Assembly (NCBI GenBank): GCA_963667725.2
Contig: CAXXHO010000003.1
Span: 128,001 to 192,000, forward strand
DNA: 64,000 nucleotides
Direction of reading: 5' to 3'
Source: Treponemataceae bacterium
Lineage (GTDB): Bacteria; Spirochaetota; Spirochaetia; Treponematales; Rectinemataceae
Positions 9,321 to 17,977 of the stretch are shown in pieces. How positions within the stretch are numbered: position 1 is the first letter of the stretch; each line of letters begins with the position of its first letter. Below the pieces are notes generated by a model. It was not told where the DNA came from, made no database searches, and saw nothing but the letters and a program-made list of their open reading frames with translations. A program made the translations under genes and the position numbers.

Positions 9321-10130
9321 GTGAAATACAAACTTGGGATCATCGGAGCCGGAAAAATCGGCGAAGCGATACTGTCAGGCACCTTCTCGAAAAAGCTTTA
9401 CGCTCCCGGCGAGGTGGTTCTGTCGGTGAGAACCGAATCGCACCGGAAGGATCTGGAAGACCGGCTTGGCGTCGCCGCCACGCTCGACAACCGCCATGTC
9501 GCCGCGAACGCCGATATCATTCTCGTCGCGGTCAAGCCCAAGGCTCTCGTCGATATACTGAATTCCATCGCCGACTGCCTTTCGCCGGGGGTTCTGATAA
9601 TCTCGACGGTGGCGGGCGTTTCCATCGACATGATCGAATCGCGCGTCCCGGCCTTTGTGGGGGTGATCAGGGCTATGCCCAACCTCGCCGTGTCGGTGGG
9701 AGAGGGCATGACGGTGATTTCCTGCGGAAAGAACGCGTCGGAGGCCCAGGTGGGGAAGGCCGAAGAACTTTTCGGATCCGTCGGAAGGGTGCAGAAACTT
9801 GAGGAACAGCATATGGACGCCGTGACGGGGCTTTCCGGTTCCGGTCCGGCCTATATCTATATCGTCATCGAATCGCTCGCGGACGGCGGCGTCAAGATGG
9901 GACTCCCCAGGGATGCGGCCATCCAGATGGCGGCGCAGACGGTGCTCGGCGCGGCCAAGACTGTCCTCGTGACCGGGGAACACCCCGCCAAGCTGAAGGA
10001 TCAGGTGACGACCCCGGCCGGCGTGACCATCGACGGCATCATGGAGCTGGAGGAGGGGGGCTTGCGGGTTACCCTCATCAAAGCCGTGGTGAAAGCGACC
10101 GAGAGGGCTCGACAGCTACTTCACAAGTAA
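9321..10130 (+). CDS. proC: Pyrroline-5-carboxylate reductase
   Basis: IIGAGKIG, AVKP, RAMPN, TGLSGSGPAY, KDQVTTPAGVTI; GTG start. Confidence 0.95.
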   Translation: MKYKLGIIGAGKIGEAILSGTFSKKLYAPGEVVLSVRTESHRKDLEDRLGVAATLDNRHVAANADIILVAVKPKALVDILNSIADCLSPGVLIISTVAGVSIDMIESRVPAFVGVIRAMPNLAVSVGEGMTVISCGKNASEAQVGKAEELFGSVGRVQKLEEQHMDAVTGLSGSGPAYIYIVIESLADGGVKMGLPRDAAIQMAAQTVLGAAKTVLVTGEHPAKLKDQVTTPAGVTIDGIMELEEGGLRVTLIKAVVKATERARQLLHK

Positions 10131-10145
10131 GGCTATATTCCTTGT

Positions 10146-11354
10146 CTATTCCCTGCTGAGGATGGAAGTCAGAAGCTGGCGGAGCTTGGCGGGGAGGGGC
10201 AGGGACTTTCCTAGCGTCTTGTTGCGCGGGGCTATTTCAGACAGAATTTTCTGCGCGAAAATCTGAGCCCGGCGCGTCAGTTCGTTGTTGGAGAGCGGGA
10301 CCGAATTCTCGAGGGCGTCCAGGATTTTCTTGCTTTTGCTCGAGGCTATGCAGGAGAAAAGCCTGTCGTGGGCGATCGGCTCCATGGCCTGTATCAGCGA
10401 GGCGGCCAGTTTCGGATTCATGGCCGAAACCACCGATTTCAGGACATGTTCATCCAGTTCGAGGATGAGATTGCTGATGTCCGACACGAGCCCTTCATCG
10501 ACATCCATCAGCCATTCTTCGGCCTCGCTTCCCATGTCGGGGTTGGGCTCGGTTCTAAATGACGTCAGCAATTCGATAAAGGCATTCTGCGCGTCGGTCA
10601 ATTCTTCCGAGGAAAATTTGCTTCTCGCGTTCCTGATATCCCAATCGATGAGGATCTGTCCGAGCGGCGTATAGGCGAGCGACTTTATGTACTCTATCGT
10701 CTGCCCGGGACAGCCGGCGAGGGTCGCCGCCATCAGCTGTGGGCCGGCAAGGCGGACGGCTTGGCTGATGGAACCCGGAGAAGTGTTCTTGCCCGGCACG
10801 ATATCGGGCAAGTCGCCCGGGATTATCAATTCCTCATCCTCATTCTTGTCGGAATTGAAGTTTTCGATGAGCCATTTCTCGACGAGGTCGAAAACGGAAA
10901 AGCCGAGGAAGGCAGTCATCGTGCGCATGATCACGATAGGGTGAGCGTTTTTTAGCGCCAGTTCGGTCCCCGCTATGATCATCTCCGCTTCGAAATCTTC
11001 CTGGGGCGGCGTGTTTCCGCAGAGACCAGCCGCGACGAAGGCCTGTCTGACAGAGTCGGACGGCGAAGCCGAAGCGATGAGGGAATAGGCGAATTTGTGG
11101 AGCTTTTTCTTTTCATCGTGCGAGACCGCGAGGAGCTGATCCTTTCCCGCGATCTGGAATTGGTTCATGACAAGCGTGAAGCGTTTAGCGGACTCGATGA
11201 GAGTATTTGTCCGCCGCGGACTGAGTCCGTAAACCGTCCGCCAGCTGTCCCGCGAATCGTCGGGAGTCGGTTGGCTCTCGATTTTCTCGGGCAGGGTTAT
11301 CCCTTCGCGATGATAGAACGTCTGCTGGGCTCTGCATAATGAGTTGATGATCAT
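10146..11354 (-). CDS. Protein with two FliG C-terminal-like repeats and an N-terminal helical domain
   Basis: ILELDEHVLKSVVSAMNPKLAASLIQAMEP..DRLFSC...RAQ fits the FliG_C pattern; a second, more divergent copy ends in ..EELTDAQNAFIELL. Start placed at the ATGA overlap with the upstream gene. Confidence 0.6.
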   Translation of the reverse strand: MIINSLCRAQQTFYHREGITLPEKIESQPTPDDSRDSWRTVYGLSPRRTNTLIESAKRFTLVMNQFQIAGKDQLLAVSHDEKKKLHKFAYSLIASASPSDSVRQAFVAAGLCGNTPPQEDFEAEMIIAGTELALKNAHPIVIMRTMTAFLGFSVFDLVEKWLIENFNSDKNEDEELIIPGDLPDIVPGKNTSPGSISQAVRLAGPQLMAATLAGCPGQTIEYIKSLAYTPLGQILIDWDIRNARSKFSSEELTDAQNAFIELLTSFRTEPNPDMGSEAEEWLMDVDEGLVSDISNLILELDEHVLKSVVSAMNPKLAASLIQAMEPIAHDRLFSCIASSKSKKILDALENSVPLSNNELTRRAQIFAQKILSEIAPRNKTLGKSLPLPAKLRQLLTSILSRE

Positions 11355-11812
11355 AATGCCTTGGGGTTGTTTTCGGCGTCCAGGGCCTTGAGGAGCGAGT
11401 AGGCTTTTTCGGCGCCGCAATAAGGGACCAGTTTTCTAAGGAGCAGTTCGCGGGAATCTCCGGCGGCTATCGAAAGCAGCGCTTCGACGTACATGCATTG
11501 TTTGAGAAACTCGAAACCGCTGTACGCGCTTGTCGAAAGGTAGATCGCCAGAATTCCCTCGAGGGCTTCCGTCGACAAACCTTCGGCGATGAGGCGGAAT
11601 CCATAATACAGCATAGGCGATTGATCGATTTTTGACCGATCGGGCTTCGACTGATCGGCTAAAGGCAGATCCGCCGAAGCGAGGGGCAAGATTCCCTCAT
11701 TTCTGGTCTTGTCCGAAATCGCGAGCAGTTCCTGGACAATAGCGGGGAGGGCGGCCTTCTCCTTGTCGGAACAGGCAAGTCTTTTTGTCAGTTCGGCGTT
11801 CCAAAGTATCAT
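11351..11812 (-). CDS. Soluble protein resembling the MotA cytoplasmic domain
   Basis: IVQELLAISDKTRNEGILPL...MLYYGFRLIAEGLSTEALEGIL resembles MotA L..LA..ARREGLLALE...FL..GL.LIVDG..PE.I..IL; no transmembrane helices; GGAG RBS. Confidence 0.5.
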   Translation of the reverse strand: MILWNAELTKRLACSDKEKAALPAIVQELLAISDKTRNEGILPLASADLPLADQSKPDRSKIDQSPMLYYGFRLIAEGLSTEALEGILAIYLSTSAYSGFEFLKQCMYVEALLSIAAGDSRELLLRKLVPYCGAEKAYSLLKALDAENNPKAL

Positions 11813-11878
11813 CCAAAACTCCAGGATCCCGCGATATGATCGTACTATTATGTAGCCAATATATTGGACTTGCCTATA

Positions 11879-12463
11879 CTATAAAGCTTGTTTTCCGTCC
11901 TGGCAATGCCGGAATATTTCGCCGCTGAGGGTCTCGAGCATAGGGGCGAGGGGAGCTTCCCCGATCTTAAAACGCTTTATGGAAAAAATGCCTGAGGCCG
12001 TCTTGAGCCTGTCGGCAAAGGCCTGTTCAAGACTCGGTCTGACGGTCACTAAAAGCGGATAGTCTCCGTTCCTCGCGAGCCACGAGGCGATCTCGAAAAA
12101 GCCGCCTCCCTCGTTGGCTTCCAGCGGACCCATCTCGTCCAGGATGACGGGGCCGCAGCCCTTCCGGACAGCTTCCCTGACTCTGGATTCAGCCCAGAGA
12201 AAAGCTTTCGAAGAAAAACTGAAGGGAGGATAGGGCTTGGACGCATCGGAACGGGAGGACTGCCGGACGGCGAGAGGGATTTCGTCTCCCTGGGCTAGAT
12301 CGCGCAGAAGTAGGGTCAAAGGAATTCCTTGGGGGTCTCTCAGGTTTTCTTCGACGATGGCGAAGGGGAAGGGGGATTCGGTCTTCAGCGTCTGGAAGAG
12401 AGCCTTGCAGAACGATGTTTTTCCGGCACGCATCGAACCGGTAAGGAGGATAAGCTCGCGCAT
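11879..12463 (-). CDS. P-loop NTPase (THEP1/DUF2478-like)
   Basis: LLTGSMRAGKTS Walker A, VILDEMGPLE..GGGF Walker B, LLVTVR. Confidence 0.8.
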   Translation of the reverse strand: MRELILLTGSMRAGKTSFCKALFQTLKTESPFPFAIVEENLRDPQGIPLTLLLRDLAQGDEIPLAVRQSSRSDASKPYPPFSFSSKAFLWAESRVREAVRKGCGPVILDEMGPLEANEGGGFFEIASWLARNGDYPLLVTVRPSLEQAFADRLKTASGIFSIKRFKIGEAPLAPMLETLSGEIFRHCQDGKQAL

Positions 12464-12557
12464 GAGTCATTCTCCCCTGTCCGCGAGGCCTTGTCCAGTA
12501 ATGAAGTACTGATTGCGGTAAATTCAACAATTTTCGTAAAAACGTGACCACATTCAC

Positions 12558-12587
12558 TTGACACGAACATGCGGCTCTTGTTATGTT
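12558..12587 (+). promoter_or_regulatory. sigma70-type promoter of the candidate sRNA
   Basis: TTGACA-18 nt-TATGTT, with a TG extended -10. Confidence 0.6.
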
Positions 12588-12592
12588 TCTAA

Positions 12593-12706
12593 TTGAAATA
12601 ACGGTTTGGCAACGACGGCGAAACGCTGCCAGATCATTTTTAGGACAGCCTTGCTGTCACGAGCTTCTCGGGGTCAGCCTCCTTCCCCGAGAAGCTCTTT
12701 TATTTT
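12593..12706 (+). ncRNA. Candidate small RNA or attenuator with three hairpins
   Basis: Lies between a promoter and a strong intrinsic terminator; hairpins at 12607-12631, 12644-12658 and 12661-12697. Confidence 0.5.
12661..12706 (+). terminator. Intrinsic terminator
   Basis: Perfect 13-bp stem GAGCTTCTCGGGG/CCCCGAGAAGCTC followed by TTTTATTTT. Confidence 0.85.
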
Positions 12707-12718
12707 ATACTCCCTCTC

Positions 12719-13480
12719 ATGGATATTGGAGAATTCGACGGCTGGTGCCGTTCCCTCTTGCAGATAGAAGCGCTCAAGGACATCGATGACTCGCTCAACG
12801 GAATCCAGGTGGGAAGATCCTCGGGGCAGATCCGGAAAGTGGCCTTCGCCGTCGACGCATGCGCCGAATCCATGCGCCGCGCGAAAGAGGCTGGCGCCGA
12901 TGTACTCTTCGTGCATCACGGATTGTTCTGGGGCAAACCGCTGCGGATCGAAGGCTGTCTCCTCGAGAGGATCAATCTTCTTCTCTCCTCCGACATGGCG
13001 CTCTACGCCTGCCATCTCCCCCTCGACATGCATCCCGAAGTCGGGAATAACGCCGTGCTGGCCAATCTCCTCTCCCTTCGCGACAGGAGCCCTTTCGGCG
13101 TCTACCATGGCATAGCGATCGGCGTTTCGGGAAGGCTGGAAAAGCCACTCGCCATCCAGGAGGTTCTTCCCCTCATCCTGCCCGACAGAACCGAACCCAG
13201 GGCGATCATCGCCTCGGGCAAAGAGAAAATCTCCACGGTCGCCATCGTTTCCGGCGGCGCTCCCTTCGAGGCTTTCCAAGCCTTCGGCAAGGATATCGAT
13301 CTGTATATAACGGGAGAGCCTTCTCATTCCGTCTACCACCAGATTGTCGAGAACAAGCTCAATTTCATCGCGGCCGGGCATTACGCCACGGAAGTCTGGG
13401 GCGTGAAGGCCGTGGCCGAAAGACTGGCGAGTGAAAAGAGCGTGGAAACATTATTCATAGATATCCCGACGGGGCTTTGA
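12719..13480 (+). CDS. Nif3/YbgI-like dinuclear metal-centre protein (DUF34)
   Basis: NGIQV, VHHGLFWG, HLPLDMHPEVGNN, ITGE, AGHYATE. Confidence 0.92.
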   Translation: MDIGEFDGWCRSLLQIEALKDIDDSLNGIQVGRSSGQIRKVAFAVDACAESMRRAKEAGADVLFVHHGLFWGKPLRIEGCLLERINLLLSSDMALYACHLPLDMHPEVGNNAVLANLLSLRDRSPFGVYHGIAIGVSGRLEKPLAIQEVLPLILPDRTEPRAIIASGKEKISTVAIVSGGAPFEAFQAFGKDIDLYITGEPSHSVYHQIVENKLNFIAAGHYATEVWGVKAVAERLASEKSVETLFIDIPTGL

Positions 13481-13536
13481 TCCTTGCCGGCAAAAAAAAG
13501 CGATCGGACGTCCGAACGCTCCAGGGAACATTCCAG

Positions 13537-14097
13537 ATGGAACAGAATATCATGACGAGAAACAGGAAGAAGGGACGGCTCGCTATGATGCTGATCTCAT
13601 CCGTGCCGATCGCGATCGTCCTGGTTGACCAGTTTGCCAAGGCATGGATAGAGGGAAATATCCCCACCAACACGATAGGTTTTCGCTATATGAAGGATTT
13701 CCTCTGGATCGTGCATACGCGCAACCTGGGAATTGCCTTTTCCATCGGCGACTCCGTTTCGCGACTGCTGAGAACAGCGCTCTTCATTATCCTGCCCGCC
13801 TGTTTCATGACGGGAGCAAGCGTCTATTGCTTCGTATCGAAAAAGCTTTCTCTCATTCAGCGCTACGCCATCGCCATCATCGTAGGCGGGGGCGCGGGCA
13901 ATCTCATAGACAGGATCTTCCGTCCGGAAGGCGTCGTGGATTTCATTTCCTTTTCCCTTTTTGGAATTTTCGGCCTGGACCGCTTCCCGACCTTCAATAT
14001 CGCCGACATGTCGATAACTATCGGCGCGGCGATCCTGCTGATCAGCGGATTTCTAATGGAAGAAAAAGAATTGAGTGAAAAAGGAAACGAACCATGA
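13537..14097 (+). CDS. lspA: Lipoprotein signal peptidase II
   Basis: VDQFAK, NLGIAFS, GGGAGNLIDR, VVDFI, FNIAD; exact start uncertain (13537 or 13552). Confidence 0.93.
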   Translation: MEQNIMTRNRKKGRLAMMLISSVPIAIVLVDQFAKAWIEGNIPTNTIGFRYMKDFLWIVHTRNLGIAFSIGDSVSRLLRTALFIILPACFMTGASVYCFVSKKLSLIQRYAIAIIVGGGAGNLIDRIFRPEGVVDFISFSLFGIFGLDRFPTFNIADMSITIGAAILLISGFLMEEKELSEKGNEP

Positions 14098-14369
14098 GCA
14101 AAGGCGCCAAGGCAGCGATCTTCGTGATCGTGGCATCGCTGCTGAATATCCTACTGACCGGGCTGCTGTTCGTCGCCTGCCTGGGTATCTATTCCCTTAC
14201 GCTCGGCAAGCTTCTGCCTCAGACGGCCGTGATGTGGGCCGTTGTCGCGAGCTTCGTAATCAGCATGGCCGGGACCTTCCTGATCTACAGGAAAGCCCTT
14301 GCCTTTGCCCAGAAAAAATTCAATCTCGAAGAAAAGCTGGGCTTATATCCCAAGAAACGTAATTACTGA
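14094..14369 (+). CDS. Small two-TM hypothetical membrane protein
   Basis: Two hydrophobic helices; ATGA overlap with lspA; AAGGA RBS. Confidence 0.7.
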   Translation: MSKGAKAAIFVIVASLLNILLTGLLFVACLGIYSLTLGKLLPQTAVMWAVVASFVISMAGTFLIYRKALAFAQKKFNLEEKLGLYPKKRNY

Positions 14370-14381
14370 AAGGAGCATCGC

Positions 14382-15740
14382 ATGTCAGCAGCGCGGGAAG
14401 AATTCCGGAAACTCGGCGTACATGTGCCCGAAATTTACCTCCCTTCGGAAAAGCTGGATCATCAAGCCTGGGCCGTCGTCGCCTGCGATCAGTATTCATC
14501 CGAGAGGGAATACTGGGGGAAAGTGGCCGAAACCGTCGGCGCGAAGCCTTCCACCTTGAACATGATCTTCCCGGAATGCTATCTGGAGGACAAGGACAAG
14601 AATGAGAGGATCGCCCGGATCCAGCGTTCTATGGCCGACTATATTTCCAAAGGCTATCTCGAGACGCCAGGAGAAGGTTTTATCCTCGTGGAGCGGAGGA
14701 CGCCCTATGAACAGAAGCCTAGGATCGGGCTCGTCATATCGGTGGATCTCGAGAAGTATCAATACGGCAAGGATTCCAGGAGCCTCATACGTCCCACCGA
14801 GGGCACGATCGTCGAAAGACTTCCCCCGCGCATGGCAATCAGACGCGGCGCTCCCCTGGAGCTGCCCCATATCATGATACTGATGGACGATCCGGGGCGT
14901 ACCGTTATCGAGCCACTCTACGGCAAGCGACTCTATTTCAAGAGACTCTACGATTTCGATCTCATGGCCGGCTCAGGCCATGTCCGAGGCTGGCTCGTCA
15001 AAGACCAGGGCACTATGGAAGGAATCGCCTCTGCCCTGGCGCGGCTTGCCGATCCCGAGGCTTTCAAGGATAGGCACGGCAAGGACGATGTCCTTCTTTT
15101 CGCGGTCGGCGACGGGAATCATTCCCTGGCCACCGCCAAGGCGACCTGGGAAGAGGTGAAAACCTCCTACGCCGGCAAGCCTGGGGCTGAGGAAATCCTG
15201 GCCAAGCATCCGGCGCGCTATGCCCTCGTTGAACTCCTCAATATCTATGACGAAGGTCTCCCTTTCCATCCCATCCACCGCGTCCTCTTCAACGTGGATG
15301 AAAAGGATTTCTTCTCCGTCCTCAAGGAAGCCGGCGCGAAAATTTCCACGATGCCCGGCGCGAAGGAGGCTTTCGCTGCCTGCGACGCTCCCGAACCTGA
15401 AGGCGCGCACCGTATCGCCTGGACGAACGGCCGGGCCTCGGGGCTGATCGTCTTCGACAAACCCGCCGAAAAACTCGCGGCGGGCAGCCTGCAGGCGATT
15501 CTCGACCCCTATCTCAAGACACATCCAGCGACGACGATCGACTATATTCACGGCTCGGGAAGTCTGGAAACCCTGGCTTCCAAGGCGGGCAACCTGGGTC
15601 TCTATCTGCCCCCTGTCGACAAGGCATCTTTCTTCGCCACCATAGTCCAGAACGGCGTTATGCCGCGGAAGACCTTCTCCATGGGAGAGGCGCCGGAGAA
15701 ACGCTTCTATATAGAGGCGCGGAAGATAATTATCGGGTGA
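14382..15740 (+). CDS. DUF1015 family protein
   Basis: WAVVACDQY, IRPTEGT..ERLPPR, AVGDGNHSLATAK, PIHRV, PRKTFSMG...KRFYIE. Confidence 0.85.
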   Translation: MSAAREEFRKLGVHVPEIYLPSEKLDHQAWAVVACDQYSSEREYWGKVAETVGAKPSTLNMIFPECYLEDKDKNERIARIQRSMADYISKGYLETPGEGFILVERRTPYEQKPRIGLVISVDLEKYQYGKDSRSLIRPTEGTIVERLPPRMAIRRGAPLELPHIMILMDDPGRTVIEPLYGKRLYFKRLYDFDLMAGSGHVRGWLVKDQGTMEGIASALARLADPEAFKDRHGKDDVLLFAVGDGNHSLATAKATWEEVKTSYAGKPGAEEILAKHPARYALVELLNIYDEGLPFHPIHRVLFNVDEKDFFSVLKEAGAKISTMPGAKEAFAACDAPEPEGAHRIAWTNGRASGLIVFDKPAEKLAAGSLQAILDPYLKTHPATTIDYIHGSGSLETLASKAGNLGLYLPPVDKASFFATIVQNGVMPRKTFSMGEAPEKRFYIEARKIIIG

Positions 15741-15842
15741 ACTTGACAGGCAGGGCCATCATGCTACTATAAAAAAGTATCGGATTTTATGCCCGACGCC
15801 CTCGATCGGGCTTTCTTGTAAGATCAGCTTTAGGAGGATTCC

Positions 15843-16715
15843 ATGGTTATTCTGTTGGCCGACGCCTTTGCCGCCGACCTTCCCAAGCGGCTATCGGCTT
15901 TCGGTGAAGTCGTCAGCGATATGAAACGTCTCGCCGATGCGGAGATCGTCATCGTCCGCTCCAAGACCAAGGTGGACAAGACGATGATCGACGCTGCCCC
16001 GAAGCTGAAATTCATCATCAGGGGCGGCGTGGGCGTCGACACCATCGATGTGGATTACGCCAAGGCCAAGGGAATTCTCGTGGATAACACTCCCGAGGCT
16101 TCCAGCCTGGCGGTGGCCGAACTCACCTTTGCCCTCATGCTCGCCCTGCCCAACCATCTGGTGAAAGCCGACGTTTCCATGAAGGAAGGCAAGTGGCTCA
16201 AGAAGGAACTGGAACGAACGGAACTCGGCGGAAAAACCCTGGGCCTCGTGGGCATCGGCCGCATCGCGAGGGAAGTGGCTTCCCGGGCTAAGGCCTTCGG
16301 TATGAAGGTCGTCGCCTTCGACAAGTACGTCGCCGTTTCCGACGCCGCCGAGATGATGAGTCTGGACGAAGTATTCGCGAAAGCGGACTATATCAGCCTT
16401 CACACCCCCCTCACCGACGAAACGCGCGGCATGATCAACGCCGCCAGCATCGCGAAGATGAAGGACGGAGTCCGCCTCGTCAACACCTGCCGCGGCCAGG
16501 TCATCGTGGAAGCCGACGTGGTCGCTGCCCTCGCGTCGGGCAAGATGGCGGGCTACGCCACCGATGTCTTCTATAAAGAACCGCCTGAAGCTTCGCCTCT
16601 GCTGACGGCGCCCAATGTCCTTCTGACCCCTCACCTGGGCGCTTCCACCGAAGAGAACCTTCTCAGGCTCGGCGACAGCATCGAAAGCCGCGTCGCGAAA
16701 TATGTTTCCAAATAA
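15843..16715 (+). CDS. serA: D-3-phosphoglycerate dehydrogenase (short form, no ACT domain)
   Basis: VRSKT, RGGVGVDTID, GIGRIA, HTPLT, NTCRG, TPHLGAST; adjacent to serC. Confidence 0.85.
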   Translation: MVILLADAFAADLPKRLSAFGEVVSDMKRLADAEIVIVRSKTKVDKTMIDAAPKLKFIIRGGVGVDTIDVDYAKAKGILVDNTPEASSLAVAELTFALMLALPNHLVKADVSMKEGKWLKKELERTELGGKTLGLVGIGRIAREVASRAKAFGMKVVAFDKYVAVSDAAEMMSLDEVFAKADYISLHTPLTDETRGMINAASIAKMKDGVRLVNTCRGQVIVEADVVAALASGKMAGYATDVFYKEPPEASPLLTAPNVLLTPHLGASTEENLLRLGDSIESRVAKYVSK

Positions 16716-16729
16716 ACGGGAGTAAAACC

Positions 16730-17824
16730 ATGAAAAGAGTGATAAATTTCAATGCAGGCCCCGCCGCTATCCCCCTCGACGTGCTGAAACAGGCCCAGGA
16801 AGAAATGCTGGACTGGAACGGCACCGGCATGTCGGTGATGGAAGTCTCGCACCGCTCGAAAGAGTACGAGGCCATGCACAACGAGGCGAAGGACCTTTTC
16901 AGGAAACTGGCCGGGATGGGCCCTGAGTGGAAGATCCTCTTCCTCACCGGCGGCGCCTCCAGCCAATTCTTCCAGGTCCCCATGAATTTCCTTTTCGACG
17001 GCAGGAAGGCTTCCTACCTCGTCACCGGCACCTGGGGCAAGAAAGCCCTCAAGGAAGCCAAACGCTTCGGTCCCTGCGACGCCATGAGCACCGAGAACGC
17101 CGACGGCACCTTCACGAGGGTTCTCACGCCGGCCGAAATCAAGATCGATCCGGCTTCGACCTATGTCCACATGACCAGCAACAACACGCTCTTCGGATCC
17201 CAGTGGCATGATTGGCCCGAAACGGGCAAGGTTCCCCTCGTCTGCGACATGTCGAGCGACATCTTCTCCCGCCCCTTCCCGGCCGACAAGTTCGCGCTGA
17301 TCTACGCGGGCGCGCAGAAGAACCTCGGCCCCTCCGGCCTCACCATCGTGGCCGTCAAGGACAGCTTCTTCCAGCTTTGCCAGGAACAGGCCAAGCTGCC
17401 GACCATGCTTTCCTACAGGACCCATGAGGAAGAGAATTCTCTCTACAACACGCCGCCCTGTTTCTCCATCTACATGCTCAGCCTTACGCTCAAATGGCTG
17501 GACAGTCATGGCGGTCTGGACGCCATGGCGAAAGTCAACGAAGAGAAGGGCAGGATCATCTACGGGGCGATCGACGCCTCGAACGGCTACTATCGCGGTC
17601 CGGTCCAGAAGGATTCCCGCTCCCTCATGAACGTGGTCTTCAGACTCAAGGACGAGGCCTCCGAGGAGCTTTTCGTGAAGGAAGCGAAGGCGGCGGGCAT
17701 CGTGGGCGTAAAAGGCCACCGCTCGACGGGCGGAATCCGTTTCTCGATGTACAACGCCAACCTCGTGGACAACGTCAAGGTCGCGGCCGCCTTCATGGAA
17801 GATTTCAGGAAGAGGCACGGCTGA
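16730..17824 (+). CDS. serC: Phosphoserine aminotransferase
   Basis: NFNAGPA, SVMEVSHRS, CDMSSD, YAGAQKNLGPSG, YNTPP, KGHRSTGGIR. Confidence 0.96.
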   Translation: MKRVINFNAGPAAIPLDVLKQAQEEMLDWNGTGMSVMEVSHRSKEYEAMHNEAKDLFRKLAGMGPEWKILFLTGGASSQFFQVPMNFLFDGRKASYLVTGTWGKKALKEAKRFGPCDAMSTENADGTFTRVLTPAEIKIDPASTYVHMTSNNTLFGSQWHDWPETGKVPLVCDMSSDIFSRPFPADKFALIYAGAQKNLGPSGLTIVAVKDSFFQLCQEQAKLPTMLSYRTHEEENSLYNTPPCFSIYMLSLTLKWLDSHGGLDAMAKVNEEKGRIIYGAIDASNGYYRGPVQKDSRSLMNVVFRLKDEASEELFVKEAKAAGIVGVKGHRSTGGIRFSMYNANLVDNVKVAAAFMEDFRKRHG

Positions 17825-17857
17825 AACATTGTTTCAACATAGCTTCAACATTGTTTC
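17825..17857. repeat. Three 11-bp tandem repeats overlapping the palindrome TGAAACA-T-TGTTTCA
   Basis: AACATTGTTTC AACATAGCTTC AACATTGTTTC. Confidence 0.8.
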
Positions 17858-17891
17858 GGCGCGGCCGAAGCAGTGTCTGCGGAATGGAACG

Positions 17892-17923
17892 AAAAAGCCC
17901 GGGCGAATAGCCCGGGCTTTTTT
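17892..17923. terminator. Bidirectional intrinsic terminator
   Basis: AAAAAGCCCGGGC-GAATA-GCCCGGGCTTTTTT between convergent genes. Confidence 0.9.
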
Positions 17924-17977
17924 ATGCCGATAGTCGCGCCATCCAGATCATGGGAAATCCTGCGGCGCGGCGCTAGG

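Noticed and set aside
12600..12660. Possible c-di-GMP or ZTP riboswitch (GGCAA, GACGGCGAA)
   Set aside because: The remaining consensus blocks and pseudoknot partners are missing.
12583..12789. 68-aa ORF over the candidate sRNA
   Set aside because: Its ATG lies inside the -10 box, it has no RBS, it reads through a terminator and it overlaps nif3.
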